Of a stretch of DNA of 64,000 nucleotides, positions 62,629-64,000 are shown piece after piece. Source of the DNA: Myxococcota bacterium (GTDB lineage: Bacteria; Myxococcota_A; Bradymonadia; UBA4248; JAVFAO01). The DNA is taken from NCBI GenBank assembly GCA_034002465.1, contig JAVFAO010000002.1:30-64029 (forward strand). The letters are read 5' to 3'. The position numbers were made by a program, and so were the translations under genes. The notes under the pieces were generated by a model. That model saw nothing but the letters and a program-made list of their open reading frames with translations. It made no database searches and was not told the DNA's origin. Positions within the stretch are counted from its first letter, which is position 1. Each line of letters starts with the position of its first letter.

Positions 62629-64000
62629 CCTGCGACTCCCTGTCTGCATCACTGTCAGCATCACTGTCTGCGCTCGATTGGCGCTTCACCGCAACGAAGC
62701 GCCCCAAGGCGAAGGGGAGCTCGAGCTCGTCTCCACGCTCTTCCTCATCGTGTGTGGTCGCCTGCGGCGCCGGTCTGGCATCGGACTTCTCGCTCTTTTC
62801 CGCAGCAGGCGGTTCGAGTACGACCACCTTCGTCGACACTTTGACCACTTTGCCTCTGGGCTCGATGACTTTGCCCTTCCCCCCTCGACCGATGGGAGGA
62901 TATCGGCGCGCCGTCACCATCACGTTTCGCCCGCGCTGCGTGTTCACCTCGAAGCCATCGCTCGCGTCCCGAGCCAGACACAAGGTATGAACCACATCCT
63001 TGCCCTCGAGCTGCACGGCACGCACCCCTCGGCCTGCGCTCTTGAGCACCGGCACCTCCTCCACCACGAAGCAAAGCGCCCTCGCGTTCTCTGTTGCCAG
63101 ACACACGTACTCACCACCGCCAGACACAAAGACCGAGAGCACCCGATCATCGCCAGTCAGGCGCATATAGGTGCGCCCATTCACCGTCGACGGCGCTTCA
63201 AAGGCCTGCAACGGCAAACGCAGAACCATGCCGCGCTTGCTCATGGCAAGCAGACAATGGGAGGGCTTCTCCGATGCATCAAGCTCTTCGTCGGATTCCG
63301 GCTCAAAGGGTAGTTGGTTCTTTGGAATACTGACACATTCCACACAGGGCGGCAAACTGCGCTCGTCGGAGACCGCTGCCCCCACGATGCGCTCCCCATC
63401 CTCGAACTCGAAGCGGGCCTGCACCGGCTCGCCGTAGCCTGTGGTGGCGTTGACGGAATCAACGCGCATCGTATACGCTTTTCCGCGATCGGTGAAGAGA
63501 ATCAGGCTCTTTCGGGTAGAGGCCCACATGCTCCAACCGACGCTGTCTCCCTCGCGCACCCGAATCGCAGCGAGGTCGGTGTAGCTGCGCTGTCGCTTGA
63601 GCCATCCGTCACGGCTGACGATGACGTACACGTCTTCATCGATGATGAAGTCCTCAGCGCTATACTGGGCCTTGATATCCGGCCCGCCAAGGGTGGTGCG
63701 TCTTCCATCGGCGAAGCGTTTGGAGAGGTTGGAGAGCTCGCTGCGCACCAGCTTCCAGCGGCCGGGAGCATCGGCGAGTAGGGCCTCGAGCTGCTCGGCC
63801 TCGGCGCGCTTGCTGGCGAGGTCCGCGCGGATTTCTTCGATCTCGAGTTGAGCCAAGCGATAGAGGCGCGTGTCGAGGATGGCGTTGCTCTGGAGTACGA
63901 CGAGGACTAAGCGCACACGCAAACGCATACCCGCCACAGCCCGGACACTAGAAGCACGGATGAACGCTAACGCCACTACTATGGCGACGAAGAAACGCAC
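62621..64000 (-). CDS. parC: type IIA DNA topoisomerase subunit A, C-terminal part (ParC-like), 5' end outside the window
   Basis: AILDTRLYRLAQLEIEEI (GyrA/ParC coiled-coil motif), FADGRRTTLGG, then beta-pinwheel-like repeats and an acidic tail DSDADSDADRESQDE. The stop overlaps the subunit B start by 8 nt. Confidence 0.8.
   Translation of the reverse strand: MRFFVAIVVALAFIRASSVRAVAGMRLRVRLVLVVLQSNAILDTRLYRLAQLEIEEIRADLASKRAEAEQLEALLADAPGRWKLVRSELSNLSKRFADGRRTTLGGPDIKAQYSAEDFIIDEDVYVIVSRDGWLKRQRSYTDLAAIRVREGDSVGWSMWASTRKSLILFTDRGKAYTMRVDSVNATTGYGEPVQARFEFEDGERIVGAAVSDERSLPPCVECVSIPKNQLPFEPESDEELDASEKPSHCLLAMSKRGMVLRLPLQAFEAPSTVNGRTYMRLTGDDRVLSVFVSGGGEYVCLATENARALCFVVEEVPVLKSAGRGVRAVQLEGKDVVHTLCLARDASDGFEVNTQRGRNVMVTARRYPPIGRGGKGKVIEPRGKVVKVSTKVVVLEPPAAEKSEKSDARPAPQATTHDEEERGDELELPFALGRFVAVKRQSSADSDADSDADRESQDE

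Noticed and set aside
63885-64000. The last ~115 nt of the window show atypical codons (ata, gta, tta, agt) and a hydrophobic translation (FFVAIVVALAF). This suggested that the ParC-like ORF is a truncated or chimeric gene.
   Set aside because: The segment still aligns by eye with conserved GyrA/ParC features (FIRASS resembles LIRNS, followed by Q.NAILDTRL). The frame is open to the window edge, so it is most likely a normal, partially sampled subunit A gene.

Overview
GC-rich (over 60% by eye) chromosomal segment with dense coding, mostly on the minus strand. MYXO-CTERM-like sorting tails, a DUF4388 response regulator, a Hanks kinase, Cys-rich lipoproteins and vWA proteins suggest a Myxococcota-type organism. 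All domain names come from motifs I recognise by eye; no searches were run.

Backbone content:
- A housekeeping block tilS-ftsH-folP-cdaA-cdaR-glmM, which places a c-di-AMP synthase module inside the ftsH-folP-glmM neighbourhood.
- tsaD-methyltransferase-orn, slyD, cyclophilin, an SDR, overlapping parC/parE-like topoisomerase genes, and tRNA-Ser(UGA).
- Many envelope or secreted proteins: an Amidase_3 protein and a 739-aa Stig1-like Cys-rich lipoprotein (both with MYXO-CTERM-like tails), an MMPL/RND exporter with a LolA-like partner, and an S16 Lon-like lipoprotein.

Most interesting items:
1. A tightly coupled five-gene plus-strand cassette (52986-58413) immediately downstream of tRNA-Ser and bracketed by two direct REP-like copies. 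It encodes two radical-SAM enzymes, a MurD-type ligase outside any dcw context, a PglC-type sugar-phosphate transferase and a TPR/F420-ligase(CofE)-like fusion. I cannot map this combination to a named pathway.
2. An unusually rich set of intergenic repeat families. These include a 36-nt unit forming spacer-less tandem arrays at several loci (and one in-frame copy inside a CDS), a ~48-nt double-hairpin REP (7 copies), a GC hairpin family (3 copies), a ~70-100 nt MITE-like element, a 67-nt tandem array and heptamer microsatellites.
3. A HerA/DUF87-type ATPase fused to a wHTH-containing domain, next to a vWA lipoprotein.
4. A DUF6036-like two-gene module whose small partner gene is partially tandem-duplicated, with the extra copy carrying an in-frame 99-nt repeat insertion.

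The ORF track uses ATG/GTG/TTG starts and the longest ORF. Many ORFs are over-extended through repeats, so I trimmed starts using signal peptides, conserved N-termini and SD-like motifs. Start coordinates are the least certain part of the annotation.
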